DNA from: a virus
Direction: 5' to 3' (one strand)
Virus record (IMG/VR): IMGVR_UViG_3300042433_000146
Span: 1-64,000 of that record
DNA: 64,000 nucleotides
Positions 51,650-61,591 of this stretch are shown here, piece by piece. Made by a program: the position numbers and the translations under genes. A model generated the notes under the pieces. The model made no database searches, was not told the origin of the DNA, and saw nothing but the letters and a program-made list of their open reading frames with translations. How positions within the stretch are numbered: the first letter of the stretch is position 1; every line of letters starts with the position of its first letter.

Positions 51650-54600
51650 ATGTCCAAGTTCCAAGATTTTGTCGTTGGGTTGAACGAATCCGCCGGTATC
51701 ACCCCGGCGGGCGCTATTCTTTTGTCGCAATTCGGAGCCGACGAAAAGAACAAAGCTATCAGTTCCATCAAATCTCAAGTTCGTGGCGCATTTCAGGGTA
51801 TTCGTTCTATCGTCGGAAAACGAGAACCCGGTAATGACGACGCGGCTCAAGCCGTTGCGTATGCACGCCGGGCATCCCGTGTGCGCGGTACCGCCGAAAA
51901 CTTTCTGATGATGCAGACCGGTCTTCTCCGGTCGGTATCAAAGAACATCAGCACGATGAATGATTGGATGGCGTCTCTGTACAAACAGATGGCGTCACCG
52001 TCCGCCCCTGCAACTCCGACAAAAACCACCCCAACAACCGCCCGCCGGACGCCTATGCGCGATCCAATCACGGGGCGGTTTGTCGCACGTGAACTAACCG
52101 CATGGGAGCGGATCGCTAAGTCATTCGAATCTTTCCGGGCAAACATGAAGCCTGTCGCTTCGACTGCCCCGGTTCCACTTCAGCGCGATCCGAAAACCGG
52201 ACGGTTCCTTCCGCGCACAGCGGAACAGACACCAAACACATGGATGAATATCACTGACGTGCTCATGAAGCCGCTCAAGGGTATTCGTGTGTCTCTTCAG
52301 GAAATCCAAAAGAAACAGATCCAACCGTTGTTGGATAAGGGCATTCGTTTGCGGGACAAAGGCAAAGACTTTGCGGAGTCCATGCGCAAAATGATGTCGC
52401 CTTCCGAATGGTCGAAGAGACTGCAATCAGTTTTGACCAAGCCATTCCAGCCGCTCATCAGTATATTTCGGCGATCAGGTGCGACTACACAGGTCACACC
52501 TGAAGGAACCACGTCGGCACCGAACGTATTCACCGAAGAAACGAAGAAGACCGGCGGCTTATTGAGCCGCATGACGAATTTCATGGAGAGTGTCCGGGAC
52601 ACTTTCAATGATCTCCCCGGCGTCGGTGCGGTCACATCTCTGATGGTCATGAAAGTGACCAAGGCACAAACTGAAGAGCTAGTGAAGATTCGCGAAATCC
52701 TTGAGCGAACCTTCAAACTCGAACAATCAGCGGAAGCCCGCGCCGAACGTGCGGAAGATGCCAAAGAAGAAACTTCATTTGAAAGCCGGGCCGGACAAGC
52801 CCGCGTCATGCCGACATTCGACAAACTGAAAAAAGAAAAGGGTGGCGGTGGATGGTTCGGCGGACTCATACAAACCATCTTGGGTGAATTGGTTGAAGGT
52901 GCAATGCTTCGCTATGGCCTCAAAGGTCTTGGTGGAAAACTCCTGTCAAAGTTCCCGGTCTTAGGTAAGATCGGTGACCTATTCAAAAAGATTCCCGGTG
53001 TCGGAAAGCTGTTGGGCATGTTCAAAGGTGGCGGTGCGGCGGCGGGTGGCGTTGGAATTCTTGCCAAACTAGGCGGCATTGGCGAATGGCTCAGCGGTCT
53101 GACCAAAGTTTTTACGAAGATCCCCGGCCTTGGCAAGCTGCTAGGACTAGGCAAAGGTGTGCTTGGCAAACTGGCTTGGCCGCTCACCGTCATCATGGCT
53201 ATTTTCGACTTCTTCAGCGGATGGAAAGACGCGGGAAAGGTTCTTGGTAAAGCCGAAGATCAGTTGACAATGATGGACCGCCTTGGCGCGGGCGTCGGAA
53301 GTATTCTTGGCGGTCTGGTCGGGATTCTCGATAGTGTCCTTGGATTGTTCGGAATCAAAACCGACATGGGTGGTTTCGTCAAGAAGTGGTACGCGAAAAT
53401 CTATTCAACCATCGCCAACTTCCTTGTCGATTCCATCATGAAACCATTCACAGCGCTTGGTGAACAAATTGCCAAGGTGTTTGGTTTCCGCTCATTGCAA
53501 AGCGCACTTGACTTCGTTCAGTTCAAATTGGACAAGGGCACGAAGTTCATCAAAGAAGCCTTCACCAAAATGGCGACGACCGTTGGTGAATACATCGACG
53601 GATTGAAGAAGCGGGCTATCGAGGGCATCAAGAGCATTGGTGCGGCCATCGGCGACTTCTTCACGAAGACAATCAATTGGGCAACCGAAGGCGTCAAAAA
53701 TCTGGCCGGTGCTATCGGCGAAAAATTCGTCGGTATCGGCGACAGCGTGGCGAAGTATCTTGGATTCGACAGCATGAAGTATGCCTACGAATCGTTGCGG
53801 GATAAGATCACAGGCGTCTTCTCTGGCATCGGTGCTGGCGTCGCTAAGCTGTTAGGATTCGAAAACTTCGATGCGTTAGTGGATCGCGTCATGGCATTGA
53901 AGGATATGATCCTCAAACCGTTCACCTACATTCAAGAAAAGATCGGTGGGTTTGTCAAGGGTCTTGGCAAGATTGCCGGATACTTGGGCTACAACGACAA
54001 AGAGTTTGCCGACTATGAAAAGAAGGTGAACGAAGACCGGGCGGCGAATGAACGCGCCCGTCAACAGAAAGCACAACAGGCACGGGAAGCCGCTCAGCGG
54101 GCCGAACAGCGACCGAATGAACCCATTCAGGTTCCTACCACCCCGGCGTCTACACCGGCACCGGCGCTCGAAACACAGAACTACGATCCGGCACTGGATA
54201 CCAGCCGTCAAGTGGATATTCCCGCACCGACACGGATGCCCGCCGCTGGCGCGCCGCCCGTTTCTCAAACTCCAACCACAGAAGGTCAAGGGTCAGAATG
54301 GGTGCGCCCACTCATGACTGGTGTGACATCCGACTTCGGTATGCGTAATCACCCGGTCACCGGTCAGGAAGCCAAAATGCACGAAGGTACCGACTACGCT
54401 GGCAAGATGGGTGATCCCGTCAAAGCGGCGGGAGACGGGGTTGTGCAATTGGCCTCTTCGCTTAGAGGGTATGGCAACGTTGTCTATCTCAACCACAAGA
54501 ACGGATATCAGACGCGCTATGCGCATTTGTCATCATTCGCCCCGCTCAGCATCGGTCAGGAAGTCAAAGCTGGTCAGGTGATCGGCGCGGTCGGCAATAC

Positions 54601-55762
54601 CGGCATCGGTACCGGCCCACATCTACATTTCGAGGTTCGCAAGGGTTGGTCGTTGGCGAACAATCAGACCAAACCGGAGAACCCGGAAATCTTCTTCCGG
54701 TCACAACAAGAGACACAAGAACAGGATCACTCACAGCGGCCCTCAGCGGTCCCTGTACAGCGTCCGCCACGTGATCCTGATGTGATGACTGGATGGAAAC
54801 GTCCGAACCCTGTAGCGTCCGCTATCAGTACCGGCATCGGTCGTATAGCGGATACCGTCCTATCCAAAATTCCACGCGGTTCAACCCGTCCTGTCGTCCC
54901 GCCGCGTGATCCGTCGATGCGGACACCGGGACCGGGTGGACCGGGAAGCGGCGGAATCAACTACCGCCCCGGACAAGTTCCGCCTGAAATCGCGGAAATG
55001 GCCGTCAAGATGGAAAAGGAAACCGGCATCCCGGCGGCGGTCACTATCGCACAGTGGGCAACGGAAAGCGGTTGGGGACAGAAAGGCATCGGCAACAATG
55101 TCTTCGGTATGACCAAAGCGCGCCGCCACACCAAGAGCCAAACGAAGAGCACAACCGAAGACATCACCTACGATCAGTTGATGAAGTTCAGCCCGGCGGA
55201 ACGGGCATCTGTTCGCACGCTGGACGGACAGCCGATCAATGGTCCGTGGCAAGGCAAGATGAAAGTCAAAATGGATCGGGAGTTCGCAGACTTCGATACA
55301 CTCGAAGACGCATTCCGGGACCATGCCCGTTTGTTGTCTGCCAACACGGGACCGTACAAGACAGCGTTCGACCGGTATAAGATGACCGGCGATGTTCAGG
55401 GATTCATCCGCGACATCGCACCGACCTACGCTACCGACCGAAACTACAGCAATGTGATTGGCCGCATCGCCGGTCAGCGGAATGTCATGGATGCGATTGG
55501 CAGTTCACGCAATGCCTTGGGCGTCGCGCCGCCGCCGGTCACCGTGGCACAAGCTCCGACGATGGGACGGGACATCATGCGAACCTCAGCGGAAAATGCA
55601 CAGATGGCCCGCTCATTGGCACAACAGGCACAAGGCGGCACACTGAATGTTGCTCCGGTGAACGTCAATCAGAACACCACCAGCATCGTGGCGGATCTGA
55701 AGGCGCGCAACACAGAGAACACCCACAAGCGCATCATGGACCGGGAATACTACCGGACCTAA
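51650..55762 (+). CDS. tape-measure-like protein with M23 peptidase and GH73 glucosaminidase domains
   Basis: Gly/Lys helical repeats; HEGTD...YAHL...GPHLHFE; IAQWATESGWG...YATDRNY. Confidence 0.85.
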   Translation: MSKFQDFVVGLNESAGITPAGAILLSQFGADEKNKAISSIKSQVRGAFQGIRSIVGKREPGNDDAAQAVAYARRASRVRGTAENFLMMQTGLLRSVSKNISTMNDWMASLYKQMASPSAPATPTKTTPTTARRTPMRDPITGRFVARELTAWERIAKSFESFRANMKPVASTAPVPLQRDPKTGRFLPRTAEQTPNTWMNITDVLMKPLKGIRVSLQEIQKKQIQPLLDKGIRLRDKGKDFAESMRKMMSPSEWSKRLQSVLTKPFQPLISIFRRSGATTQVTPEGTTSAPNVFTEETKKTGGLLSRMTNFMESVRDTFNDLPGVGAVTSLMVMKVTKAQTEELVKIREILERTFKLEQSAEARAERAEDAKEETSFESRAGQARVMPTFDKLKKEKGGGGWFGGLIQTILGELVEGAMLRYGLKGLGGKLLSKFPVLGKIGDLFKKIPGVGKLLGMFKGGGAAAGGVGILAKLGGIGEWLSGLTKVFTKIPGLGKLLGLGKGVLGKLAWPLTVIMAIFDFFSGWKDAGKVLGKAEDQLTMMDRLGAGVGSILGGLVGILDSVLGLFGIKTDMGGFVKKWYAKIYSTIANFLVDSIMKPFTALGEQIAKVFGFRSLQSALDFVQFKLDKGTKFIKEAFTKMATTVGEYIDGLKKRAIEGIKSIGAAIGDFFTKTINWATEGVKNLAGAIGEKFVGIGDSVAKYLGFDSMKYAYESLRDKITGVFSGIGAGVAKLLGFENFDALVDRVMALKDMILKPFTYIQEKIGGFVKGLGKIAGYLGYNDKEFADYEKKVNEDRAANERARQQKAQQAREAAQRAEQRPNEPIQVPTTPASTPAPALETQNYDPALDTSRQVDIPAPTRMPAAGAPPVSQTPTTEGQGSEWVRPLMTGVTSDFGMRNHPVTGQEAKMHEGTDYAGKMGDPVKAAGDGVVQLASSLRGYGNVVYLNHKNGYQTRYAHLSSFAPLSIGQEVKAGQVIGAVGNTGIGTGPHLHFEVRKGWSLANNQTKPENPEIFFRSQQETQEQDHSQRPSAVPVQRPPRDPDVMTGWKRPNPVASAISTGIGRIADTVLSKIPRGSTRPVVPPRDPSMRTPGPGGPGSGGINYRPGQVPPEIAEMAVKMEKETGIPAAVTIAQWATESGWGQKGIGNNVFGMTKARRHTKSQTKSTTEDITYDQLMKFSPAERASVRTLDGQPINGPWQGKMKVKMDREFADFDTLEDAFRDHARLLSANTGPYKTAFDRYKMTGDVQGFIRDIAPTYATDRNYSNVIGRIAGQRNVMDAIGSSRNALGVAPPPVTVAQAPTMGRDIMRTSAENAQMARSLAQQAQGGTLNVAPVNVNQNTTSIVADLKARNTENTHKRIMDREYYRT

Positions 55763-55995
55763 GCTGTCATCGTTTCATCCATCTGTGCAATGATTGATTC
55801 AATTTCTTCGTTGCACAGATGGTTCTCATCGTCCGACACATATGGATCTTCGATAGATGCCATCACATCATCGGGGATCTGGATTGATCCAAAATACAAT
55901 TGCGCCAATCCCGTATAACATGAGATTTCTTCACGGGTCAACCCAAGACGAACAAAGTATTCGTCACCACCCGGCCCACTGTACTTCCAAGCCAA
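55759..55995 (-). CDS. acidic hypothetical protein
   Basis: 78 aa. Confidence 0.5.
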   Translation of the reverse strand: MAWKYSGPGGDEYFVRLGLTREEISCYTGLAQLYFGSIQIPDDVMASIEDPYVSDDENHLCNEEIESIIAQMDETMTA

Positions 55996-56239
55996 CCGGC
56001 CCGCCCACGGATGGTCTGCCGGAAAAACAGACGATTTCGGATACCTTGATTTTATTTCGTGTCTCTTCGACCAATGGATTTTTTTCTTCCAGAAGATCGA
56101 AGTACTTCTGCATATCGTCCGGTCTTGGATGACGATAAACTTGGGTTTCCTTTCGAGTGATGTGGTCGTAGCTATAGCAGTAGTGCTGGTGAATACACGC
56201 GGCCCTCACCAAATCTCTCAAGCGATCTTCGAGGATCAT
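55964..56239 (-). CDS. hypothetical protein
   Basis: 91 aa. Confidence 0.5.
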   Translation of the reverse strand: MILEDRLRDLVRAACIHQHYCYSYDHITRKETQVYRHPRPDDMQKYFDLLEEKNPLVEETRNKIKVSEIVCFSGRPSVGGPVGLEVQWAGW

Positions 56240-56272
56240 ACATTATCTTAGTTCGGACCTAAATACGGTTCA

Positions 56273-56953
56273 ATGTTGACCTTTAACACATCCCGCTTGC
56301 ATCAGCCGTCGATGTACTTTCAGACCAAGTTTCCGAAAGACGGCATTGTATTGCACTTCACAGCGGGGACGACCGCCAGCGGCGCGATTGCGACGTTTGA
56401 ATCGTCTCCACGAATCAACAAGTACCCGATGTCCGTACCCTACGTGATCGGGAACGACCCGGCGGCGACGGTTTTCAAACTGTTCGACGATGAGTTTTGG
56501 GCATACAATCTGGCAATCACCGGCCAGTGGGCACAGCGACACAAACATGACAAGCGTACAGTTGCGTTTGAAATTGTCAACCCCGGCCCGCTTCGCAAGG
56601 TTGGAGACAAGATGTGTTTCTGGCCGAAGAACTGGACAGCACCATACTGCTCTGTCAGCGAAACGGACAAGTACATCGAAGTGCCCGCGTACCGTGGTGA
56701 GAAGTTCTTCGCCACGTATACACTCCAACAGATCGCCAATACCGTTGCGCTGTGTGAGATGATGTGCGACAAGTACGGTATCCCGAAGGTGATTCCACCA
56801 GCGGCGAAACGCATGGCCTTCGACATGCCCTACTTCGATAAGTTCAAGGGTGTGTTCACGCACGTCAACGTCCGGCCCGACAAATGGGATTTGGGTCCGG
56901 CGGGTGAATCGATCTGGCAAGCCCTTCTGAATGCGGGATACCGGGAAGCCTAG
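56273..56953 (+). CDS. N-acetylmuramoyl-L-alanine amidase (Amidase_2 endolysin)
   Basis: IVLHFTA, FEIVN, THVNVRPDKWDLG; TAAATA 7 nt upstream. Confidence 0.85.
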   Translation: MLTFNTSRLHQPSMYFQTKFPKDGIVLHFTAGTTASGAIATFESSPRINKYPMSVPYVIGNDPAATVFKLFDDEFWAYNLAITGQWAQRHKHDKRTVAFEIVNPGPLRKVGDKMCFWPKNWTAPYCSVSETDKYIEVPAYRGEKFFATYTLQQIANTVALCEMMCDKYGIPKVIPPAAKRMAFDMPYFDKFKGVFTHVNVRPDKWDLGPAGESIWQALLNAGYREA

Positions 56954-56974
56954 TAACCCATAAATATCACCCGA

Positions 56975-57304
56975 ATGGAAATGCTAACACCACAAGAACA
57001 AGAATCGTTACAGATGGCGACGATCTGTAGCGAATGCCGTTGGGGAATCTTTCATCGTGAAGAGCACGATGGACTAATCGTTCGGATGGAAACTCCACTT
57101 TGCGGCCACCAAAGTTCATTGATCGGTCGTAACTTCGTCACTGGTGAATTCAAATTCAAGCCGTGCGAAACCATCAATCAAATCGGCAACTGTCACATCT
57201 TTGAACCGAAGCTGCATCCGAATCAGGAAAACGTCATCGCCCATGATGGTGTTTCGTTCAATGACGATCAAGAAATACTGGACGGAGACGACGACACTCA
57301 GTAG
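56975..57304 (+). CDS. Cys-containing hypothetical protein
   Basis: CSECRW...C...C...C; TAAATA 8 nt upstream. Confidence 0.6.
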   Translation: MEMLTPQEQESLQMATICSECRWGIFHREEHDGLIVRMETPLCGHQSSLIGRNFVTGEFKFKPCETINQIGNCHIFEPKLHPNQENVIAHDGVSFNDDQEILDGDDDTQ

Positions 57305-57321
57305 GAAAAGCGACAACTAAA

Positions 57322-57358
57322 GAAAAAAGCCCGGCATTTCTGCCGGGCCTTTCTTTTT
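57322..57358. terminator. bidirectional terminator
   Basis: AAAAAAGCCCGGCA-TTTC-TGCCGGGCCTTTCTTTTT. Confidence 0.85.
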
Positions 57359-57370
57359 CCTAAAGGACTT

Positions 57371-58318
57371 TTAGTCCTTCTCCACCAGTGCGGCGAATGC
57401 ATCTTCCTCTTCCTGTTGCCGGGAAGTGGAAGCGCCGCCACCCTTGCCACCCTTCGAGGGAGTCACGTCGAACGGAGGATCGTCGTCATCTTGCGGCAAC
57501 ACAGTGCGGGTCGTCGCCTTCGCAGCGGACGCCTTTGCTGGTGCCGGGGTGGGAGCGGACGCGGAAGCGCCGCCAGCCACACCCATGACTTCTTCGAAGC
57601 GCTTCTTCAACTCTTCGTAGCTCTTGAACCGGTTCGGGTCCAAGAATTCCTTCAAGCTGTACTCCGAATCCCAAATGTTCTGGATCTTCTTCTCATCGCC
57701 ACCGAACATCGGAGCGGGAGAGTCGAAAACCGAAGAGTCGTAGTTGGGATATCCTTCCACGTTCTTGACCTTCAGACGGAAATTCGCACCGCCGAAGAAA
57801 CAGAACGGGTCCACAGACGGATCATCCTTGAACGGGGGTTCGATCATGTCCTTGATCTTGGTCATGACCTTCTTGCCGTACTTCCACAAGAACACCTTGC
57901 CTTCGTTCTCCGGGTGAGCCGGATCACTGATGACCAGAATGTTGCTGATGTAGTGGGTACGACGGGCACGCTTACGGGCCAAGGCAATGTTGGCTTCTTC
58001 GCCAGTCTGCCACAGCTTGCTGTTCTCTTCCGCCACCGGGTCGGTCTTTCCGATGGTCTGAAGGCTCTCTTCCACGTACCACTTACCAGTGGGACCTTGG
58101 AAGCCGTAATCGTAGGTGGGAATGTACGGGGTGTCTTCGTCAGCGCGGGCCGGAAGGAACCGGATGATTGCGCTACCCGTACCGCTCTTATCGCGCTCCA
58201 GATTCCAGAAGCGCGTATCCTTGGCGCGTCCTGCACCGGAATTCGTTTCTTCCATCTTCCGGCGAAGCGCGTCCTTGTTGGCCTGCATATTGGCCTTGAG
58301 TTCTGCAAGACTTTTCAC
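57371..58318 (-). CDS. gp32: single-stranded DNA-binding protein (T4 gp32-like)
   Basis: DTRFW...GSAIIRFLP...GKWYVE.SL.T.G..DPV.E.N..LW...EGKVFL.KYGKK. Confidence 0.97.
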   Translation of the reverse strand: MKSLAELKANMQANKDALRRKMEETNSGAGRAKDTRFWNLERDKSGTGSAIIRFLPARADEDTPYIPTYDYGFQGPTGKWYVEESLQTIGKTDPVAEENSKLWQTGEEANIALARKRARRTHYISNILVISDPAHPENEGKVFLWKYGKKVMTKIKDMIEPPFKDDPSVDPFCFFGGANFRLKVKNVEGYPNYDSSVFDSPAPMFGGDEKKIQNIWDSEYSLKEFLDPNRFKSYEELKKRFEEVMGVAGGASASAPTPAPAKASAAKATTRTVLPQDDDDPPFDVTPSKGGKGGGASTSRQQEEEDAFAALVEKD

Positions 58319-58449
58319 TGTGTTGTTCTCCTATGTGTCTGTCCAATCCTTTCTGCCGAACGTGCTTGAATTTGGCTTTCGCCCGCCGTCCGACGTACTT
58401 TGGCTAACTTCTGACTTTGATCGTAACGTGGGTTCTACCCACGCAAAAA

Positions 58450-58692
58450 CTATTTAGACACCGGCTTTTGATCGCCGGAATCTTTTTTCTCACCGGATTC
58501 AACAACGATTCCGGCTTCCTGTAATCGATGCCGAAGCATCGAATTCTCTTTGAAAAGAGACTTCAATTGATCTTGAGCCTTCGAAAGCTCTTCGAGCAAA
58601 AACAGATTCTCTTCGTGCGATCCGCACAGTTGATCCATCAACGTTTGGATATACAGGTCCTTACGTTCCGGGCTTACCTTCGTGACAATCAT
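58450..58692 (-). CDS. coiled-coil hypothetical protein
   Basis: 80 aa between gp59 and gp32. Confidence 0.6.
   Translation of the reverse strand: MIVTKVSPERKDLYIQTLMDQLCGSHEENLFLLEELSKAQDQLKSLFKENSMLRHRLQEAGIVVESGEKKDSGDQKPVSK
58451..58456 (-). promoter_or_regulatory. late promoter with ~130-nt leader for gp32
   Basis: TAAATA, then hairpin 58427-58443, then SD AGGAG. Confidence 0.6.
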
Positions 58693-59319
58693 CTATGCAA
58701 TGTACCCCTTGAGAATGGTTTTCAGGCGTTCCTGATTGATATTTAGCCGGGTCAGGAAGGCCGCGTATTTGATCGCGACCATGCGCTTTTCTTTCCATGC
58801 CAAGTCCAATTGGTCAAAGTAGGCATCCATCACAGTGATGATCTTCGGTTGAAAGTGAACCAGCCAAGCGAAGGTTTCCATCGATATCTGGCCGGACATC
58901 AGCAAGGTGTACAGCATTGGCTGTGCGTCGCTATCGCCCCGGATCGACTTCTTCAACGAACCGGCACGCCGCCTAATGACAGTCAGGTCGTCTTCGAACT
59001 GAACGTGCATGGTGTGGAGCCGCCCCACCCATTTCTGATAGCACTCCAGATCGTAGAGGTTTCCATATTCCTTGGGTGACCGAGTAACCATCACCGAAAG
59101 AAAGTGATCCCGCATGTCATCGATCTTCTTGAACCGGCGGGTCAGTGCGATCCAAAACGTTTGTTTGCTTGGATGCTCTTGCCACTTCTTCCAGAAGTGT
59201 CGCCGGATGATCGGGTTTGACACTTGGTTGAAATAGTCGAATTTCGGTTCAGTCAGGTGCTTGTAGAGTAAGCCCCGTGTGTAGTAGGTTTCAAATGGTT
59301 CAAAGAGCATGTCGCTCAT
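58693..59319 (-). CDS. gp59: helicase loader (T4 gp59-like)
   Basis: Position gp33-gp59-gp32; FDYF...Y.KW...F..DL...ISMETF. Confidence 0.75.
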   Translation of the reverse strand: MSDMLFEPFETYYTRGLLYKHLTEPKFDYFNQVSNPIIRRHFWKKWQEHPSKQTFWIALTRRFKKIDDMRDHFLSVMVTRSPKEYGNLYDLECYQKWVGRLHTMHVQFEDDLTVIRRRAGSLKKSIRGDSDAQPMLYTLLMSGQISMETFAWLVHFQPKIITVMDAYFDQLDLAWKEKRMVAIKYAAFLTRLNINQERLKTILKGYIA

Positions 59320-59561
59320 GTGAAGCGCAAGCGGGCCGTCTTTTTCACCATATGATGCTTTTCGGCATCGTCCTGAAGTTTGTCGCGTAGAGTCGGGGTT
59401 AACAACGTCGCCGCAAATTGGGGTTCCATGTTTTCCTTCCCGGCCACCGCCAAAATTGCGTCAATGATGCGCATCCCACGACCAGAACGTGCGATTCGTT
59501 CTACCTCTTCGGAGAATCGCAAAATGCTGTTTTCATGATCCAGCGGGTCATAGATTGCCAT
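59316..59561 (-). CDS. gp33: late-promoter co-activator (T4 gp33-like)
   Basis: FSEEVE..IIDAIL....E.....LL...L.DKL..DA. Confidence 0.8.
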   Translation of the reverse strand: MAIYDPLDHENSILRFSEEVERIARSGRGMRIIDAILAVAGKENMEPQFAATLLTPTLRDKLQDDAEKHHMVKKTARLRFT

Positions 59562-59611
59562 ACCTCATTAGTTTAGCGTCGAAGTTGACACCATCGAATC
59601 TAAATGACGGT

Positions 59612-60001
59612 ATGAAACAAAAACCCGCGCAAATCGATTCCGTGAGCGTTCGCCGCGCCACTGACTTCGCGCGCACCACCGGGGACGCTACCGTCGCCAA
59701 AGCAATCAAATTTCTGGACGATCCAGAACGCCTACAGCGGATCAAGGATTCACAGTGCAAGACATGCTACTACATCCTTCGGTCGCGCCTTGGCGGTCCT
59801 ACGGCCACAGAACGGCCATGCGGCATTTGTGGCAAAAACGAAATCTACGACACCACCACAACCGATCCCATCTGTTTCGATTGCGCTGTGAAAAACGAAC
59901 TGTGTAAGCGTTGCGGCGGCGACATTCACATGCGGCCCCGCCGGTCATACCGGCCCGATGATGAACGAGAACAACCCAAGCCCCTCACCCGCCCTGCCTA
60001 G
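59612..60001 (+). CDS. Cys-rich Zn-finger protein
   Basis: Four CxxC motifs; TAAATG 5 nt upstream. Confidence 0.6.
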   Translation: MKQKPAQIDSVSVRRATDFARTTGDATVAKAIKFLDDPERLQRIKDSQCKTCYYILRSRLGGPTATERPCGICGKNEIYDTTTTDPICFDCAVKNELCKRCGGDIHMRPRRSYRPDDEREQPKPLTRPA

Positions 60002-60066
60002 TATATTAGGCAAATCTACATCAACCGGCCCGGATGTCTAGTATATTAGGCATCCGGGCCTATAAT
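59995..60066 (+). promoter_or_regulatory. duplicated 18-bp palindrome upstream of TATAAT
   Basis: TGCCTAGTATATTAGGCA at 59995 and TGTCTAGTATATTAGGCA at 60035. Confidence 0.7.
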
Positions 60067-60073
60067 GGAACCA

Positions 60074-60574
60074 ATGATAAAGTTCTGGAAAGTCCTTGAC
60101 AAGTGGGGAGAGTTTTCAAACTTCTACCGCCGCGAAATCGTGATCGATGGCCGCAAATGGAAATCGACCGAACACTACTACCAAGCGATGAAATTCTACC
60201 CCGATGCCACCATCACCCTTGGCACGGAACCGCCTTCACTCGAACCCTACACCATCACTCTTCACGACTACATCGCCGGGTTAAACAGGCCACGCGAAGC
60301 CGCCGATGAAGGGCGGCGTCGTGACTTCCCGATGCGACCAGATTGGGATGATGTCAAAGACGACTTCATGCGCCGGGCGATCCATGCCAAGTTCACACAG
60401 CATGCGGATCTCCGCGAAATCCTTCTCAGCACCGGCGACGACATCCTGATCGAAGACAGCCCGTTCGACTACTATTGGGGATGCGGTCGCGACGGAAGCG
60501 GCAAGAACATGCTTGGCGTGCTCTTGATGGAACTCCGGGATCAACTTCGAACAACGTCAGTATCCTTTTCGTAG
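60074..60574 (+). CDS. NADAR family ADP-ribose hydrolase
   Basis: FSNFY...W.STEHYYQAMKF...AKFTQH..L...LL.TG...EDSP.D.YWG.G..G.GKNMLG. Confidence 0.95.
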   Translation: MIKFWKVLDKWGEFSNFYRREIVIDGRKWKSTEHYYQAMKFYPDATITLGTEPPSLEPYTITLHDYIAGLNRPREAADEGRRRDFPMRPDWDDVKDDFMRRAIHAKFTQHADLREILLSTGDDILIEDSPFDYYWGCGRDGSGKNMLGVLLMELRDQLRTTSVSFS

Positions 60575-60808
60575 CTCTGTTGTGGGGAACAATTTGCCTT
60601 CACTCTTCGAACACTGTTCACAGTAATAGACGAACATAGTGAATCGCTGTGTTCCCCACGTTTTCGATTTGATCCCACTGGACGCATTGTCCGGCACATC
60701 CTCTCCACATTTCTCACAAACCATACCAAAGGCCCGGCGTTTTTCAAGTTCCGTCATCGAAACAAATTTATCCAAGCCCGAAAAACAGTACTTCCGTACT
60801 ATTGGCAT
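60557..60808 (-). CDS. Zn-ribbon hypothetical protein
   Basis: CEKCG...YCEQC. Confidence 0.55.
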   Translation of the reverse strand: MPIVRKYCFSGLDKFVSMTELEKRRAFGMVCEKCGEDVPDNASSGIKSKTWGTQRFTMFVYYCEQCSKSEGKLFPTTELRKGY

Positions 60809-60843
60809 TCTCGGTCAAACGAGCGATCATGAAGGTGGAGAGA

Positions 60844-61290
60844 ATGACGATGAAACTTGCCTTGAACAAATCCTGTTTCGTGCTCGAAGCGACCTATGAT
60901 GAATTTCAGTCCGCCAAGGCCGCTGGTCTGAACTACACCGGTTTCAAGTGGGACCGGGAAGCCCGCCAGTGGAAATCGCCCCATGTGATCGCCGCCGCCC
61001 GCGTCGTCAAGAGCTACCGCGAACTCAACAACGTCGAACTCGAAATGACGCCCGAAGCCGCTACGTTCTACGCCGCCGAAGTCGAGCGGGTCAAGTCGCT
61101 TCCCAAGTGCGGTCGGTGCGCCGGAACCGGCATGTTCGTCACAATGGTTCTGAATGGCCGTCCTACCGGCCCCGGCGGGATCTGCTACCGCTGCAATGGT
61201 AAGGGTGTCCAGAACGCCCGCGACGAAGAACGCAACGACAACTACGACCAGTATGCCTTCACTCAGGCTCTTCGCTCCATGATGGCGTAG
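60844..61290 (+). CDS. protein with DnaJ-type Zn finger
   Basis: CGRCAGTG...CYRCNGKG; SD GGAGAG. Confidence 0.7.
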   Translation: MTMKLALNKSCFVLEATYDEFQSAKAAGLNYTGFKWDREARQWKSPHVIAAARVVKSYRELNNVELEMTPEAATFYAAEVERVKSLPKCGRCAGTGMFVTMVLNGRPTGPGGICYRCNGKGVQNARDEERNDNYDQYAFTQALRSMMA

Positions 61291-61304
61291 AGCATCAGAA
61301 ATCA

Positions 61305-61350
61305 AAACGGGCCGGAACGTTCATGAGGCGTTCCGGCCCGTTTCGTTATT
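61305..61350. terminator. intrinsic terminator
   Basis: 15-bp stem AAACGGGCCGGAACG/CGTTCCGGCCCGTTT. Confidence 0.8.
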
Positions 61351-61394
61351 GGTATCAGCTTGCGGCGTTGTTTCTCCGCTCCCCGGTGCTTCGT

Positions 61395-61507
61395 GTCGCC
61401 GGGTTGGTGGCCCCATCACTGACCGCCGGTTTACGCACACCCCGGCGCGGTGCTCATAACGCCATCGTCAGCTAGTCCAGCACGAACCAGACCAACAGAC
61501 CGGCGAC
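61395..61507 (-). ncRNA. candidate structured RNA 3' of tRNA-Met
   Basis: Nested stems 61395-402/61500-07, 61403-08/61491-96, 61419-23/61467-71. Confidence 0.4.
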
Positions 61508-61514
61508 CGCGATT

Positions 61515-61591
61515 TGGTAGCGGGAGTGGGAGTTGAACCCACCTAGTACAGCTTATGAGACTGTCGTGCGCACCCGCTCAGCTTTCCCGCA
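61515..61591 (-). tRNA. tRNA(CAU) with U1.U72 mismatch (initiator-like, lacking the GGG/CCC anticodon stem)
   Basis: ACAGT-CTCATAA-GCTGT, CCA. Confidence 0.8.
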
